Sequence record: KT919973.1
DNA: 64,000 bases
Strand: one strand, 5' to 3'
In this document: piece after piece, positions 28,210 through 38,906 of the stretch
Layout of the letters: every line of letters starts with the position of its first letter
Position numbering within the stretch: the stretch's first letter is position 1
Notes under the pieces: model-generated
Databases searched by the model: none
What the model saw: only the letters and a program-made list of their open reading frames with translations
What the model was told of the DNA's origin: nothing
Position numbers and translations under genes: made by a program

Positions 28210-29160
28210 ATGAATTTTGATCCGAAAGAACTTCTATGGGAACAACGCTACCGTCCACAAACAATCAACGACTGTGTATTACCCGAGCGCGTGCGTGAAC
28301 ACTTTCAAGCGATGATTGATTCGGGTGAAATCCCAAATATGCTGTTAGCAAGTTCTTCACCTGGTACTGGTAAAACGACTGTTGCGCGTGCTGTGCTTGC
28401 AGATATGGGTTATGAAGTGCTTTTCATTAACGCATCATCTAGTCGCGGCATCAAGCTTGTACAGAACGATTTACCTGCATTCTGTTCGACTGTATCATTC
28501 TCTGGTAAGCCAAAAGCAATCATTCTTGATGAGGCAGACAACTTAACACCAGATGCTCAGAAAGCACTACGTGGTTTGATTGAGCAATACAGCAAAAACG
28601 TTCGCTTTATTCTGACATGTAACTATTCTCAGAAAATCTTAACACCGATTCGTTCACGTCTACAGACATTCGAGTTTGTATACGACAAAGACGAGCGACT
28701 ATCGTGTATCAAGCAAATGATTCTGCGTTCGATGAGTATTTGTAAGCAAGAAGGCATTTCTGTGACTAATGCAGCGGTGTTGAAAGAGCTTGTGAAACGC
28801 AATTACCCAGACAATCGTAAAACTGTTGTTGCGTTGCAGAATTATTCTCGTAAAGGTGTTATCGACGAAGGTATTCTTTCAGAGATCACGGCAAACGATG
28901 ATATTTCTGAAATGATTGCGGCTTTGAAATCGAAAGACTTCAAAACGATTCGCGGTCTAATTCCGAAATACTCTGGCGATCTCGCGTCGTTTCTACATAA
29001 TCTTTACAAAGCGGCATATACTGACTTAGACGGTAATAGCATCCCGACATTCATTCAAATTGTAGGCGAAGCAAACAACAACGCTACAACTTGTGTCGAT
29101 ACTGAAATTCTACTAGCGTACACGCTTGTTCAAATCATGCTTGAGTGTACTTTCGTATAA
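28210..29160 (+). CDS. 44: clamp loader ATPase subunit
   Basis: LWEQRYRPQTI, SPGTGKTT, ILDEAD, PIRSR. Confidence 0.96.
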   Translation: MNFDPKELLWEQRYRPQTINDCVLPERVREHFQAMIDSGEIPNMLLASSSPGTGKTTVARAVLADMGYEVLFINASSSRGIKLVQNDLPAFCSTVSFSGKPKAIILDEADNLTPDAQKALRGLIEQYSKNVRFILTCNYSQKILTPIRSRLQTFEFVYDKDERLSCIKQMILRSMSICKQEGISVTNAAVLKELVKRNYPDNRKTVVALQNYSRKGVIDEGILSEITANDDISEMIAALKSKDFKTIRGLIPKYSGDLASFLHNLYKAAYTDLDGNSIPTFIQIVGEANNNATTCVDTEILLAYTLVQIMLECTFV

Positions 29161-29169
29161 GGGGGTTTG

Positions 29170-29661
29170 ATGGACATCTTTGAATTCCTAGCGAAAGGCG
29201 AAGAAACTGAAGCGAGAATCGCTGAAGAAGAAAAAGAATACGAAGAAGAGCTGAAGAAAGCGAAGAAAGCAGAGAAATATTCACCGTTTGATTTCGTTGA
29301 CAGTATCTACATGAAGAAACGTTTACCAGATGCTGTTGTTGATGAGCAATATCTACCATTTATGGTGAATCGCGCATTGAGCAACGGCATCGATACAGTT
29401 CTTCATGCGTATATCATGGATTCGGTTGGTAGTAAGTTACCGAATGAAATGCAATATGATTATTTGTATCATGCAGTTCGTAAAGGTAAGCGATTCAATT
29501 CATGGGCAAAAGAACCGAAATATGACTATGTTGATCTAATTGTTGAGGTATACAACGTCAATAAATCACATGCAATTAGTATTTCAAATCGTCTAACGCC
29601 CGAAGAGTTGAATCAATTACAAGAATGGTACGACTCACGAACGGGGGGCTTAACACGCTAA
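29170..29661 (+). CDS. 62: clamp loader small subunit
   Basis: YLPFMVNRALS..QYDYLYHAVRKGKRF. Confidence 0.9.
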   Translation: MDIFEFLAKGEETEARIAEEEKEYEEELKKAKKAEKYSPFDFVDSIYMKKRLPDAVVDEQYLPFMVNRALSNGIDTVLHAYIMDSVGSKLPNEMQYDYLYHAVRKGKRFNSWAKEPKYDYVDLIVEVYNVNKSHAISISNRLTPEELNQLQEWYDSRTGGLTR

Positions 29662-30242
29662 ACAGAATCGGGTTTATGTTTGCAGTTGTCATTGTGCCAA
29701 CGTTTGATAGTTGCGGCATTCTTTGAAGATTTGCCGCAATGAATACAAACTGAAATTGGTCTCTCATCCCAACTGTCGCTAATCTTTTTCTTTACATCGC
29801 GTGTTCTCTCAACTCCTTTGAATGTAGACGGTACACCCTTTCGATTACTAGGCTTCCCGACTTTAGCATCACTGAGCTTTTGTTTATGTTCATTGCTCTT
29901 GGGCTTGCCTTTAAGAGAGTCTGAAATATTTCGGCGAGTTGTTTCGGAACGTTTAGTTCCCTTTACACTACCGCCTTCGCCGCCTATTTTGAGATTATAG
30001 GTGTTTTTACTACTTACAAAATTTTCGTTCACTATCAGAGATTCGTATTCATATGCGTCTTCTTCGCAGTCGAACGTTTTTAAAATTATCTTTGTGAAAT
30101 TATCAACACCGTATTTATCAATTGAGCGAAATATAATCTTTCCAGAACCCATGTAACCGTCGTCGATGTTATTCGTTGAGTGTTTACCAATATAAACTTT
30201 ATTGTTTATGTTGTTTATTATTTTATATACGATATGAAACAT
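29658..30242 (-). mobile_element. free-standing GIY-YIG (Seg-like) homing endonuclease with NUMOD3-like repeats
   Basis: IVYKIINNINNKVYIGKH..YMGSG..YN...GG; basic ETRRNISDSLKGK-type repeats; start trimmed to MFHIVYK. Confidence 0.88.
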
Positions 30243-30264
30243 AATAATTCTCTTTATTTTCTGA

Positions 30265-30276
30265 TATTTATAAATA
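30265..30276. promoter_or_regulatory. palindromic bidirectional late promoter
   Basis: TATTTATAAATA contains TATAAATA on both strands, between the endonuclease and regA. Confidence 0.7.
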
Positions 30277-30307
30277 GTGAGACATACATAATGATTACGA
30301 GGCTGCA

Positions 30308-30691
30308 ATGGCAGATTACATTAACAAACTTGAAATTCAATTACCAGACGACGATGCATTTCTAAAAATTCGCGAGACTTTAACGCGAATTGGCATCGCC
30401 AATAACAAAACAAATACTCTATATCAATCGTGCCATATTCTTCAGAAACGTGGCGTGTATTTTCTAGTTCACTTTAAAGAGCTTCTAGCACTTGACGGTC
30501 GATGTGTAGAAATTACTGACGAAGATATTGAACGTCGTAATAACATTGCCAAGTTACTTGAAGACTGGAATCTATGTAAAATCGCGCACCCTGAGTCGCA
30601 CGAATTTACTGGCGATAATAAGTTTCGCGTGATCTCGTTCCGCGATTCTAAAAACTGGAATCTACGATACAAGTATAAGATAGGTGCATAA
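30308..30691 (+). CDS. regA: translational repressor RegA
   Basis: FLKIRETLTRIGIAN..LYQSCHILQKRG.Y..VHFKELL. Confidence 0.97.
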   Translation: MADYINKLEIQLPDDDAFLKIRETLTRIGIANNKTNTLYQSCHILQKRGVYFLVHFKELLALDGRCVEITDEDIERRNNIAKLLEDWNLCKIAHPESHEFTGDNKFRVISFRDSKNWNLRYKYKIGA

Positions 30692-31128
30692 TGAAAACTT
30701 ACACTGAATTTTTGAGCGAATATCACATGCAACACCGAGCGCCGTCACCTCCTGATGACAGCCCTCTGTACGATATCTCATTGACGGGAACATTCCCTGA
30801 AGATGTATACGAAGCGAACGGTCTACGATGGTACGGCAATCACAATGATCGCGATGAGCGCGAGGCGTATCAAATCATCAAACGCTGTCACGGAAACCCG
30901 AATGCGAAAGTTAAAATCTATCGCGCATGTCCCGAGCACGTCAGCGTAATCAACTCAGGCGATTGGGTTACGATTGTCGAGAATTATGCAAAATCGCATC
31001 AAGAGTCTCGCGACTATTCAAGTGAAATTTCAAACGACGATGAGCGTTATCATGTGATCAGTCAAGTTGTACTTGCTAAACAACTCTTCACCGAGGGATA
31101 TTTCCTTGAGTGGGGATACGTTAAGTAG
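30691..31128 (+). CDS. putative internal head protein, ADP-ribosyltransferase-like fold
   Basis: MKTYTEFLSE targeting-like peptide; VKIYRA, GDWVT..YA..H, EWGY. Confidence 0.6.
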   Translation: MKTYTEFLSEYHMQHRAPSPPDDSPLYDISLTGTFPEDVYEANGLRWYGNHNDRDEREAYQIIKRCHGNPNAKVKIYRACPEHVSVINSGDWVTIVENYAKSHQESRDYSSEISNDDERYHVISQVVLAKQLFTEGYFLEWGYVK

Positions 31129-31187
31129 GTATTCAACTTGCTAATAAAATTAAGAGGTGCAAGCCTCTTAATTTTGAGGAATACAAT

Positions 31188-31706
31188 ATGAACGATGAAC
31201 GTTTTCAAGAACTACTACAATTCGGTGGCGAATTCGAAGCTGCCGTTGAGCCTAAGATAGCACGTGTGTTCTGTCATGCAGACCCGCTAGCAATGCTAAT
31301 CAATACAGCTACATCAAAAACAGATCAGAAACATAATCGTGGTCAGCGTTTAATGTTCTGTCAAGACACATCCGCAAGCTTCATGCTACCAGACGTGTTT
31401 GTTTTCACAAAAGGCAAGCAATTCTGTGTTGAAATCAAGTGCAAGAAACGCTTTTATCGCCACTCAGATGGTAAACTATATGGCGTAATCGACTCATACA
31501 AAGTTAAAGAGTATCGCGACGCAGTTCGCCACATGGGATTCGATGGTATATTCTATGTGTTTGGCGACGAAGAAACACGCTCGGCTTATTTTTCAAAAGA
31601 CAACCCGATTGATATGAAAATCGATGCGTTTCGCGAATATAAGAACCCGAAAGGCGAGTTCAAGGCTTGGCTTATCGAAGAACAACACTTTTTAGGGAAA
31701 TGGTAG
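31188..31706 (+). CDS. putative PD-(D/E)xK nuclease
   Basis: FE..V ... LPDVFVF..CVEIKCK motif. Confidence 0.6.
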   Translation: MNDERFQELLQFGGEFEAAVEPKIARVFCHADPLAMLINTATSKTDQKHNRGQRLMFCQDTSASFMLPDVFVFTKGKQFCVEIKCKKRFYRHSDGKLYGVIDSYKVKEYRDAVRHMGFDGIFYVFGDEETRSAYFSKDNPIDMKIDAFREYKNPKGEFKAWLIEEQHFLGKW

Positions 31707-31766
31707 TTTAGAACTTCATTTTTCTCTGATAGCATAGCAACACGTAACAACTTGTGAAGGAATATC

Positions 31767-34319
31767 ATGGCAATCTATACATCAATTGAACGAATCGGCT
31801 CTAATCTTTGTGAACGTTATTTAGATGATGACGGGTTTGAGCATATGCGCAAAGTCAAATATGAACCGACTCTGTTCATTCACTGTAACGAAGAAACTGG
31901 TTACAACGACATCTACGGTCGCAACTGTCGCCCAAAGATGTTTGACACAATGGGCGAAGCTAGTAAGTACATCAAAGACACTAAGCAGCATCATGAAGTA
32001 CTCGGTATGGACGACTTCGTTGTAACTTATATCTCTGATACTTACAAAGAACGTAACTTCGACATCAATCGTATTCGAATTGCAAATATCGATATCGAAA
32101 CCCCGTCTGTTGAGTTCCCTGAAGCAGCGCACGCTCCAGTGCCTATTACTTCAATCGGTCACTATGACAACATCGACGATAAATTCTACGTTTACGGTAT
32201 TCCATCAAATGAAGAATGGTCGCGTGAAAGCAGCATCGTTAAGCCAGAACTTCTAGAAAAAACAGTGTATATTCGCTGTGCAACTGAAAAAGAGTTACTT
32301 GTTAAGTATCTGCAATTCTGGCGCGAAAAGACCCCAGCAATCGTAACAGGTTGGAACATTGAATCGTTCGATATGCCATACATTGTCAATCGATACAAAA
32401 ATCTGTTTGGTGAGAAGGTGATGAATAGCTTGTCACCGTGGGGTAAAGTTCACATTTCGACGATGACTAACGATTACGGTCAAGAAATCTGTAAAGTGAA
32501 TATCGTCGGCGTATCTGAACTCGATTATCTTCAGCTTTACAAGAAATTCACTTACGTGACTCGACCATCTTATCGTCTTGATTACATCGGTGAAGTTGAA
32601 CTTGATGAGAAAAAAGTTGAGTTTACACAAGCGAACTACTTAGAGTTCTATGAGCAAGATTATCAGAACTTCATTGACTATCAGATTCAAGACGTTAACT
32701 TGGTTAAACGACTTGATGAGAAACTTCAGTTGATGCTTTTGACTGTTTCTCTAGCGTACTATGCGGGTATCAACTATCAGACAGTACTTGGTACGATTAA
32801 ACCGTGGGATGCAATCATCTTCAACAGTTTGAAAGCTGAGAAGAAAGTAGTACCAATGATGACATCGCACGAAGGTGGTCGATTCATGGGCGCGTTTGTA
32901 AAAGCACCACAAGTGGGTTATCATCGTGGCATTGGCTCTTTCGACTTAACATCACTGTACCCGTCGATTATTCGTGAGTGTAACATTTCACCAGAAACAA
33001 TCGTTGGTCAGCTTGACTATGAAGGTACACTTGAAGATCGTATCGACAAGATTGTTGACATGGCTATTACGTTCCCTGCTGATGACATTTCAAACAGCGC
33101 GAACGGTATGCAATATCGCAAAGACGTGCGTGGTGTAATCCCGATTGAGATTGAGAAAGTCTTCTTCCAGCGTAAAGCTAATAAGAAGAAAGCGTTCGAA
33201 TACGAACAGCAAGCAATCGACATCAAGAAAAAAATGGACGAAGAAGGTGAAACACCTGAACTTCGTGAAGCATACGAGCACGCGAAACATGAAGCGAAGA
33301 TCTACGACGTACAGCAAATGGCTCGTAAGATCTTGATCAACTCACTCTATGGTGCGTTAGGTAACGAATACTTCCGCTTCTACGATCTACGTAATGCAGA
33401 AGCTGTAACAGCATACGGTCAGCTTGCAATCAAATGGGTAGCGCGTGACGTTAACATCTGGTTGAACAAAGTTTGTAAGACAACTGACAAAGACTACGTG
33501 ATTTACGGTGATACCGACTCAATCTACGTTAACTTTGATCCGCTTCTTGAACTTACTGGCGTTAACAAACTTGAAGGTGATGAATACACAGATAAATTCT
33601 CTAAAGTCTGTGAGACAGTTGAAACGAAAGTTATCAACCCGTCATACGAAGCACTGCACAAGTACATGAACACGTATGAGCGTCAAATGTTCATGGACCG
33701 AGAAGTTCTAGCACGTACTGGTTTCTTTATCGCGAAAAAGCGTTACGCGCTTGACGTACAAGATAACGAAGGCATTCGTAAACCGAAGCTGAAAATCATG
33801 GGTATTGAAACTCAACGTAGTTCAACACCACCACTTTGCCAAAAAGGTCTTAAAGAAGCAATTCGTTTGATTCTGCAAGAAGGCGAAGAGAAGCTTCAAG
33901 AATTCGTTAAAGAGTATGAGAAAGAGTTCAAAGTAGCTCCGTATCAAGAAGTGTCGTTTGTGTCTAGCGCGAACAACATGAACAAATACTCTGACGAGCA
34001 AGGTAACCCAGGTAAAGGTTGTCCAGGTCATGTAAAAGGTGCGTTGTACTACAACAAACTAGCTGCACAGCATGGGTTCGACAAGATCAACGAAGGTGAT
34101 AAAATCGCTGTTGTGTTCTTGACTCGAAACAAACACGGCATTGACCGTATTGCTTACCCGTCTGGTGGTAAACTACCTGAAGCAATCTCATACTTGATTG
34201 ACCACGTAGATTACAATCGTTTGTACGAAGACAAGTTCATCAAACCATTGACTGCGATTTCTGAAGCAATCAAGTTTGACTACAAGAAAACCATCACATT
34301 GGAGAGCTTCTTTGGCTAA
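31767..34319 (+). CDS. 43: family B DNA polymerase
   Basis: DIET exonuclease, [25 protein letters not shown]. Confidence 0.98.
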   Translation: MAIYTSIERIGSNLCERYLDDDGFEHMRKVKYEPTLFIHCNEETGYNDIYGRNCRPKMFDTMGEASKYIKDTKQHHEVLGMDDFVVTYISDTYKERNFDINRIRIANIDIETPSVEFPEAAHAPVPITSIGHYDNIDDKFYVYGIPSNEEWSRESSIVKPELLEKTVYIRCATEKELLVKYLQFWREKTPAIVTGWNIESFDMPYIVNRYKNLFGEKVMNSLSPWGKVHISTMTNDYGQEICKVNIVGVSELDYLQLYKKFTYVTRPSYRLDYIGEVELDEKKVEFTQANYLEFYEQDYQNFIDYQIQDVNLVKRLDEKLQLMLLTVSLAYYAGINYQTVLGTIKPWDAIIFNSLKAEKKVVPMMTSHEGGRFMGAFVKAPQVGYHRGIGSFDLTSLYPSIIRECNISPETIVGQLDYEGTLEDRIDKIVDMAITFPADDISNSANGMQYRKDVRGVIPIEIEKVFFQRKANKKKAFEYEQQAIDIKKKMDEEGETPELREAYEHAKHEAKIYDVQQMARKILINSLYGALGNEYFRFYDLRNAEAVTAYGQLAIKWVARDVNIWLNKVCKTTDKDYVIYGDTDSIYVNFDPLLELTGVNKLEGDEYTDKFSKVCETVETKVINPSYEALHKYMNTYERQMFMDREVLARTGFFIAKKRYALDVQDNEGIRKPKLKIMGIETQRSSTPPLCQKGLKEAIRLILQEGEEKLQEFVKEYEKEFKVAPYQEVSFVSSANNMNKYSDEQGNPGKGCPGHVKGALYYNKLAAQHGFDKINEGDKIAVVFLTRNKHGIDRIAYPSGGKLPEAISYLIDHVDYNRLYEDKFIKPLTAISEAIKFDYKKTITLESFFG

Positions 34320-34350
34320 TGTAGATAAAATTGAAATCAGTGGCGCAGAA

Positions 34351-34578
34351 ATGCGCACTGATTTTGCTCGTGAACTTGGTATTGATGAAATAAGATACGT
34401 CAAATACGAGCGTGACATTCAACTCGACATTTCATCTTGGTATGTTGACCATGATAATAATGTATTATCGTTGACGTTTAAAAACGAAGAGCCGTCGATT
34501 CATGGCATCGTCATTCCGCCCCGAGTCGAACTTAACCTATCAAAGGTTAAAGAAATCATCACAGAAATCTTGAAATAA
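34351..34578 (+). CDS. hypothetical protein
   Basis: ORF trimmed to the ATG after the gp43 stop. Confidence 0.5.
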   Translation: MRTDFARELGIDEIRYVKYERDIQLDISSWYVDHDNNVLSLTFKNEEPSIHGIVIPPRVELNLSKVKEIITEILK

Positions 34579-34641
34579 GTTGTTGACAGTGTGCATGAAC
34601 TCATGTACACTGTTAAAAGACTATTTTGAGAGGAAAATAAC

Positions 34642-35787
34642 ATGAACGTACAAGAATTATACAAAAATTTGATGTCTCTAGCTGATGACGCTGAAGGCAA
34701 GTTCTTCTTTGCTGATCATCTTTCACCGCTTGGTGAAAAGTTTCGCGTGTTTAGCTATCATATTGCTTCATATTCTGATTGGCTTTTACCGGGTGCTCTT
34801 GAAGCGCGTGGTATCATGTTTCAATTAGATGACAATGATGAAATGATTCGTATCGTATCTCGTCCGATGGAGAAATTCTTCAATCTAAACGAGAATCCCT
34901 TTACGATGGAACTTGACTTGACGACCACTGTACAACTAATGGACAAAGCTGATGGTTCATTGATTAGCACGTATTTGTCAGGTGAGAACTTCGCGCTGAA
35001 GTCAAAAACAAGCATCTTTTCGGAGCAAGCTGTTGCGGCTAATCGCTACATCAAAAAACCAGAGAATCGTGACTTGTGGGAATTCTGTGACGATTGTACT
35101 CAAGCGGGTTTGACTGTCAACATGGAATGGTGTGCGCCTAACAACCGCATCGTTCTTGAGTACCCAGAAGCTAAACTGGTTATCTTGAATATTCGTGACA
35201 ACGAAACAGGTGATTATGTAAGTTTCGACGACATTCCACAATCTGCGTTGATGCGTGTTAAACAGTGGCTTGTTGACGAGTACGACCCAGCGACTGCACA
35301 TGAACCAGATTTCGTTGAGAAATTGCGAGATACGAAAGGTATTGAAGGCATGATCTTGCGTCTTGCAAACGGTCAATCTGTGAAAATCAAAACTCAATGG
35401 TATGTTGATTTACACTCGCAAAAAGACTCAGTGAATGTTCCGAAGAAGTTGGTAACAACTATCTTGAACGGCAATCACGATGATCTCTATGCGCTATTCG
35501 CAGATGACAAACCGACGATTGAGCGTATTCGTGAATTTGATTCTCACGTGACGAAGACTCTTACGAATTCATTCAATGCAGTTCGTCAGTTCTATGCTCG
35601 TAATCGTCATCTAGCGCGTAAAGACTATGCAATTGCAGGTCAGAAAGTATTAAAACCATGGGAATTCGGGGTAGCTATGATCGCGTATCAGAAGCAGACA
35701 GTCGAAGGTGTCTATGAATCTTTAGTTACTGCATATCTGAAGCGACCAGAACTAGCAATCCCAGAGAAATATCTAAACGGGGTGTAA
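34642..35787 (+). CDS. rnlA: RNA ligase 1
   Basis: RPMEKFFNLNEN, KADGSLIS, NRIVLEY, EG, KIKTQWY. Confidence 0.95.
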   Translation: MNVQELYKNLMSLADDAEGKFFFADHLSPLGEKFRVFSYHIASYSDWLLPGALEARGIMFQLDDNDEMIRIVSRPMEKFFNLNENPFTMELDLTTTVQLMDKADGSLISTYLSGENFALKSKTSIFSEQAVAANRYIKKPENRDLWEFCDDCTQAGLTVNMEWCAPNNRIVLEYPEAKLVILNIRDNETGDYVSFDDIPQSALMRVKQWLVDEYDPATAHEPDFVEKLRDTKGIEGMILRLANGQSVKIKTQWYVDLHSQKDSVNVPKKLVTTILNGNHDDLYALFADDKPTIERIREFDSHVTKTLTNSFNAVRQFYARNRHLARKDYAIAGQKVLKPWEFGVAMIAYQKQTVEGVYESLVTAYLKRPELAIPEKYLNGV

Positions 35788-36057
35788 ATGCATTTTGTAT
35801 TTCAAGACGGGGAGCCGATGCAAGTCGGTGACCCGAATGTATTCATTAAAAAGTTACAAGAAGAGTTTTTACCTGCGTTGCAGAAGAAACTCGAAGAAGA
35901 CCCAAAAAATCGAGGCGGTAAAATCGTCTACGTGGGCCCATCAAAAACAGATACTATTCAAGGTCTTGACGTTCAAATATCAGACAAGAATGGTGTCGTA
36001 TCTACGTTTTATCTAAATCCCTTCACACAGACGTTCGCTCCAGTCTTCTATTCTTAA
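35788..36057 (+). CDS. hypothetical protein
   Basis: 89 aa ORF abutting the rnlA stop. Confidence 0.65.
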   Translation: MHFVFQDGEPMQVGDPNVFIKKLQEEFLPALQKKLEEDPKNRGGKIVYVGPSKTDTIQGLDVQISDKNGVVSTFYLNPFTQTFAPVFYS

Positions 36058-36099
36058 TAATAAATACTCTCGTATACAACTAATACGGGAGTACCTATC

Positions 36100-36483
36100 G
36101 TGTTTTCACAATATAAAATTTACGTGCTCTTGGCGGTTGCTGCTGTTTTCATTGGTTCTATTGGTTACTTGAAGTATGAGAATGTAAGTCTTGAGAAAGA
36201 TTTAGTTACTCAAACTGCTGAAGTTGAGCGACTAACGGGTGATAATGAGCGTTTGCAAACAACTATCAAGAACAAAAACTTAACAATAGATCAATGGCGA
36301 AGTGTTTACCGTGAACAGGAACAATATCGCAAAACTCTTCAAACAGAATTGGACAAGTTAACCGCGACTATTGACACATACAAATCACGTCAAGATATCG
36401 TATTTCAAAAACCTGGTCTAGTTCAAATAAAAGAGCAAAAAGCTCTTGACAAGTTCTTCGACGAGGTGCGAAATGGTCAATAA
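36100..36483 (+). CDS. pseT.3: inner-membrane spanin (Rz-like)
   Basis: N-terminal TM, coiled coil, KPGLV motif; AATAAATA late-like promoter upstream. Confidence 0.8.
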   Translation: MFSQYKIYVLLAVAAVFIGSIGYLKYENVSLEKDLVTQTAEVERLTGDNERLQTTIKNKNLTIDQWRSVYREQEQYRKTLQTELDKLTATIDTYKSRQDIVFQKPGLVQIKEQKALDKFFDEVRNGQ

Positions 36484-36802
36484 AATCATAGCAATTGCTC
36501 TATGCTTCATGCTGGTCGGTTGTATCGGTACACCAAAAGAGCCAGTACCTGAGCCGCAAAAGAATGAAATCGTCCACCCCAATATTCCAACACCACCGCC
36601 AAATCCCGGTGTCAAAATATTGGTCATTACGACTGATACAATCAAAGCTAATACAGCTTATGTGGGTTTTGAATACGACGAATGGTTAGATTTCGCGAAG
36701 TGGATGCATTCGTACAAGACATATAACTTTGATTTACTTGAGGTTATTCGACTGTACAAAGAGCAAGATGCAAATATTCAGAAAAAAGATGAAAATAATT
36801 AA
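36473..36802 (+). CDS. pseT.2: outer-membrane lipoprotein spanin (Rz1-like)
   Basis: lipobox MLVGC, Pro-rich; overlaps the i-spanin. Confidence 0.8.
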   Translation: MVNKIIAIALCFMLVGCIGTPKEPVPEPQKNEIVHPNIPTPPPNPGVKILVITTDTIKANTAYVGFEYDEWLDFAKWMHSYKTYNFDLLEVIRLYKEQDANIQKKDENN

Positions 36803-36804
36803 AG

Positions 36805-36875
36805 AAAAGGGTTGCTTCGGCAACCCTTTTTGCGTATTATAGCTACATCGAAACGACATCGACTAACAAAGAGAG
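36805..36875 (+). promoter_or_regulatory. terminator / early promoter cassette
   Basis: about 40 nt identical to 21078 cassette; downstream about 40 nt identical to the 50737 leader. Confidence 0.85.
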
Positions 36876-36881
36876 TAAATT

Positions 36882-37181
36882 ATGATTCAATTCAAAGGCA
36901 GAAAAATTATCTCTGACAATCAATATTCCATATGGGTTTATGATTCGATTGACTCGCTTAAAAGCGACGACTTAAATGAGCGTAACTTTTATAACAACGT
37001 AACTGGTGAAACTCATAAAAAGCTGCGTATTCGTCGCGGTCGCTTTGGCAAGAATTGGGTTCTCCGTGCTACGTCGAAAGACGACGACTCTACAATGTTA
37101 GTAGTTGCAGAAGGCTTCAAAACGAAGAAAGAAGCAATTGAATACGTAAATGACGTTTACTTAAACACAAAAGGGCTGTAA
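36882..37181 (+). CDS. hypothetical early protein
   Basis: GAGAG RBS after promoter. Confidence 0.7.
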   Translation: MIQFKGRKIISDNQYSIWVYDSIDSLKSDDLNERNFYNNVTGETHKKLRIRRGRFGKNWVLRATSKDDDSTMLVVAEGFKTKKEAIEYVNDVYLNTKGL

Positions 37182-37182
37182 T

Positions 37183-37416
37183 ATGAAGCATCTAGAAAAT
37201 GCATACAACGAAGCGAACACTCAGTTTCATCAATATGGTGTATGTAGTGTATTTCAGCTTGAAAGTTTAATCGAAGAGCTTGAATCTTCTGTTCCGAGTA
37301 ACGTGTTTGTTAAAGCAGCACGCAATGAACTCGATTCATTCGGTGCTCTATCTGGAACTCGTACAACTCAACTTCTCGAAATTGCCGAGTCTATCGTGAC
37401 TCGATACAAGAAATAA
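37183..37416 (+). CDS. hypothetical protein
   Basis: 77 aa ORF in operon. Confidence 0.65.
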   Translation: MKHLENAYNEANTQFHQYGVCSVFQLESLIEELESSVPSNVFVKAARNELDSFGALSGTRTTQLLEIAESIVTRYKK

Positions 37417-37424
37417 GGACAAAT

Positions 37425-38342
37425 ATGAAACTGATTGTAACAGTCGGTGTGCCTGCGTCCGGCAAAACTACGTGGGCTGAGAAATTCTGTGCGAACGGGA
37501 AAGCAGTAAACGTCAATCGCGACGATACTCGTCAAGAACTGTTCGGTCCCTTCAAGTGGGGCGAATACAAATTCACGAAGCAAAACGAAGAACTTGTAAC
37601 TAAAGTCAACAAAGACAAAGCTATGCTTGCACTTCGTCAAGGTAAGAGTGTTGTTATCTCTGATACAAACCTTGTGCCTGAACGTCGCGAAATGTGGCGC
37701 AACATCGCACAAGAGCTAGGCGCTGAATACGAAGAGAAGTTATTTCATATCTCTTTCGATGAAGCATTTGCACGCGATAAAGCTCGTGAAATGTCAGTCG
37801 GCGGTAAAGTTCTAACAACTATGTTCCAGAACTATCACAAACACAATCGCGATTTGATTATTGCGCACTTCAAATCTCTGCTTGAACCTCTGTGGGAAGA
37901 AGGTACTGATTTGTGTGTATTGTCAGACATCGACGGTACGGTTGCTGAAATGCATAAAGGTATCAAAGGTCGTCGTAGCCCATTTGAATGGCTACGTGTT
38001 GAAGAAGATTCGCCACGTGATACTGTAATCGAAATGCTAGATCTTCTAAGCGCCCACTACCCAATCATTTTCATGAGCGGTCGTGATGGTGTCTGCGAAG
38101 AGCATACACGCCGTTGGCTATTGAAACATATGCCATTCGCGTATTCAAGTGGGTTTGGTTTGGTCATGCGTGGTAAAGGCGATTCGCGACCAGACTGGGT
38201 AATCAAACTAGAATTGCTACTAGAATTAGCAAAACGTGGTTATCGTCGTCCTATTGTGATGTTCGATGACCGTGACCAAGTAGTCAATACTCTACGTGAA
38301 GTAGGTGTTGAAGTGTTCCAAGTACAACCAGGTAACTTTTAA
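37425..38342 (+). CDS. pseT: polynucleotide 5'-kinase/3'-phosphatase
   Basis: GVPASGKTT, NRDD, HAD DIDGTVA, SGRD, FDDRDQVV. Confidence 0.95.
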   Translation: MKLIVTVGVPASGKTTWAEKFCANGKAVNVNRDDTRQELFGPFKWGEYKFTKQNEELVTKVNKDKAMLALRQGKSVVISDTNLVPERREMWRNIAQELGAEYEEKLFHISFDEAFARDKAREMSVGGKVLTTMFQNYHKHNRDLIIAHFKSLLEPLWEEGTDLCVLSDIDGTVAEMHKGIKGRRSPFEWLRVEEDSPRDTVIEMLDLLSAHYPIIFMSGRDGVCEEHTRRWLLKHMPFAYSSGFGLVMRGKGDSRPDWVIKLELLLELAKRGYRRPIVMFDDRDQVVNTLREVGVEVFQVQPGNF

Positions 38343-38354
38343 AAAGGTAAAAAT

Positions 38355-38906
38355 ATGATTGAAACATTAGTAACAGTAGCAGCAATCTTGTTTGTGTTGT
38401 TTGTCATTTACATGTACAAGCGTGCCTCAGACAAACAAAAAGCAGAAAATGCGAAGTCGATGCGTGAACAAGCAAGCCCTGACATTCTCGGCAATCTGCG
38501 TGAGCGTGATGCACAAGAACTACGTTCGTTGAACGGTACGTCAAGCAATGCAAAATCTCGTGTGACTCACTCAGTGCGTCATAACGTACCAAAAACTCAA
38601 TCACAGTCGCGTACGTCTCGTAAGCGCCGTGAAGATGATGACATTGTGACGAACCCACTGCATCCCTTAAACCCGATTACTGACCCTGTAGGTCTGTATT
38701 CAGATGACGAGCCAGCACGCTCACGACCTGAACCAAGCTACTCTGCTCCTGAGCCGAGTTACAGCGAACCAGAGCGCGTGTCTAGCCCGGGTAGTTACTC
38801 ATTCGGTGGTAGTTCTGACAGCTCTTCAAGCTACTCAAGTTCGAGTGATAGTGGTTCAAGCTACTCAAGCAGCGATAGCAGTTCTGGTGGTGGGAGCTTT
38901 GACTAA
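38355..38906 (+). CDS. membrane-anchored protein with Ser/Gly-rich low-complexity tail
   Basis: N-terminal TM helix; SSSYSSSSDSGSSYSSSDSSSGGGSFD tail. Confidence 0.7.
   Translation: MIETLVTVAAILFVLFVIYMYKRASDKQKAENAKSMREQASPDILGNLRERDAQELRSLNGTSSNAKSRVTHSVRHNVPKTQSQSRTSRKRREDDDIVTNPLHPLNPITDPVGLYSDDEPARSRPEPSYSAPEPSYSEPERVSSPGSYSFGGSSDSSSSYSSSSDSGSSYSSSDSSSGGGSFD

Noticed and set aside
31767-34319. Possible intron, intein or split in the DNA polymerase
   Set aside because: The ORF is continuous at 850 aa with all motifs normally spaced.
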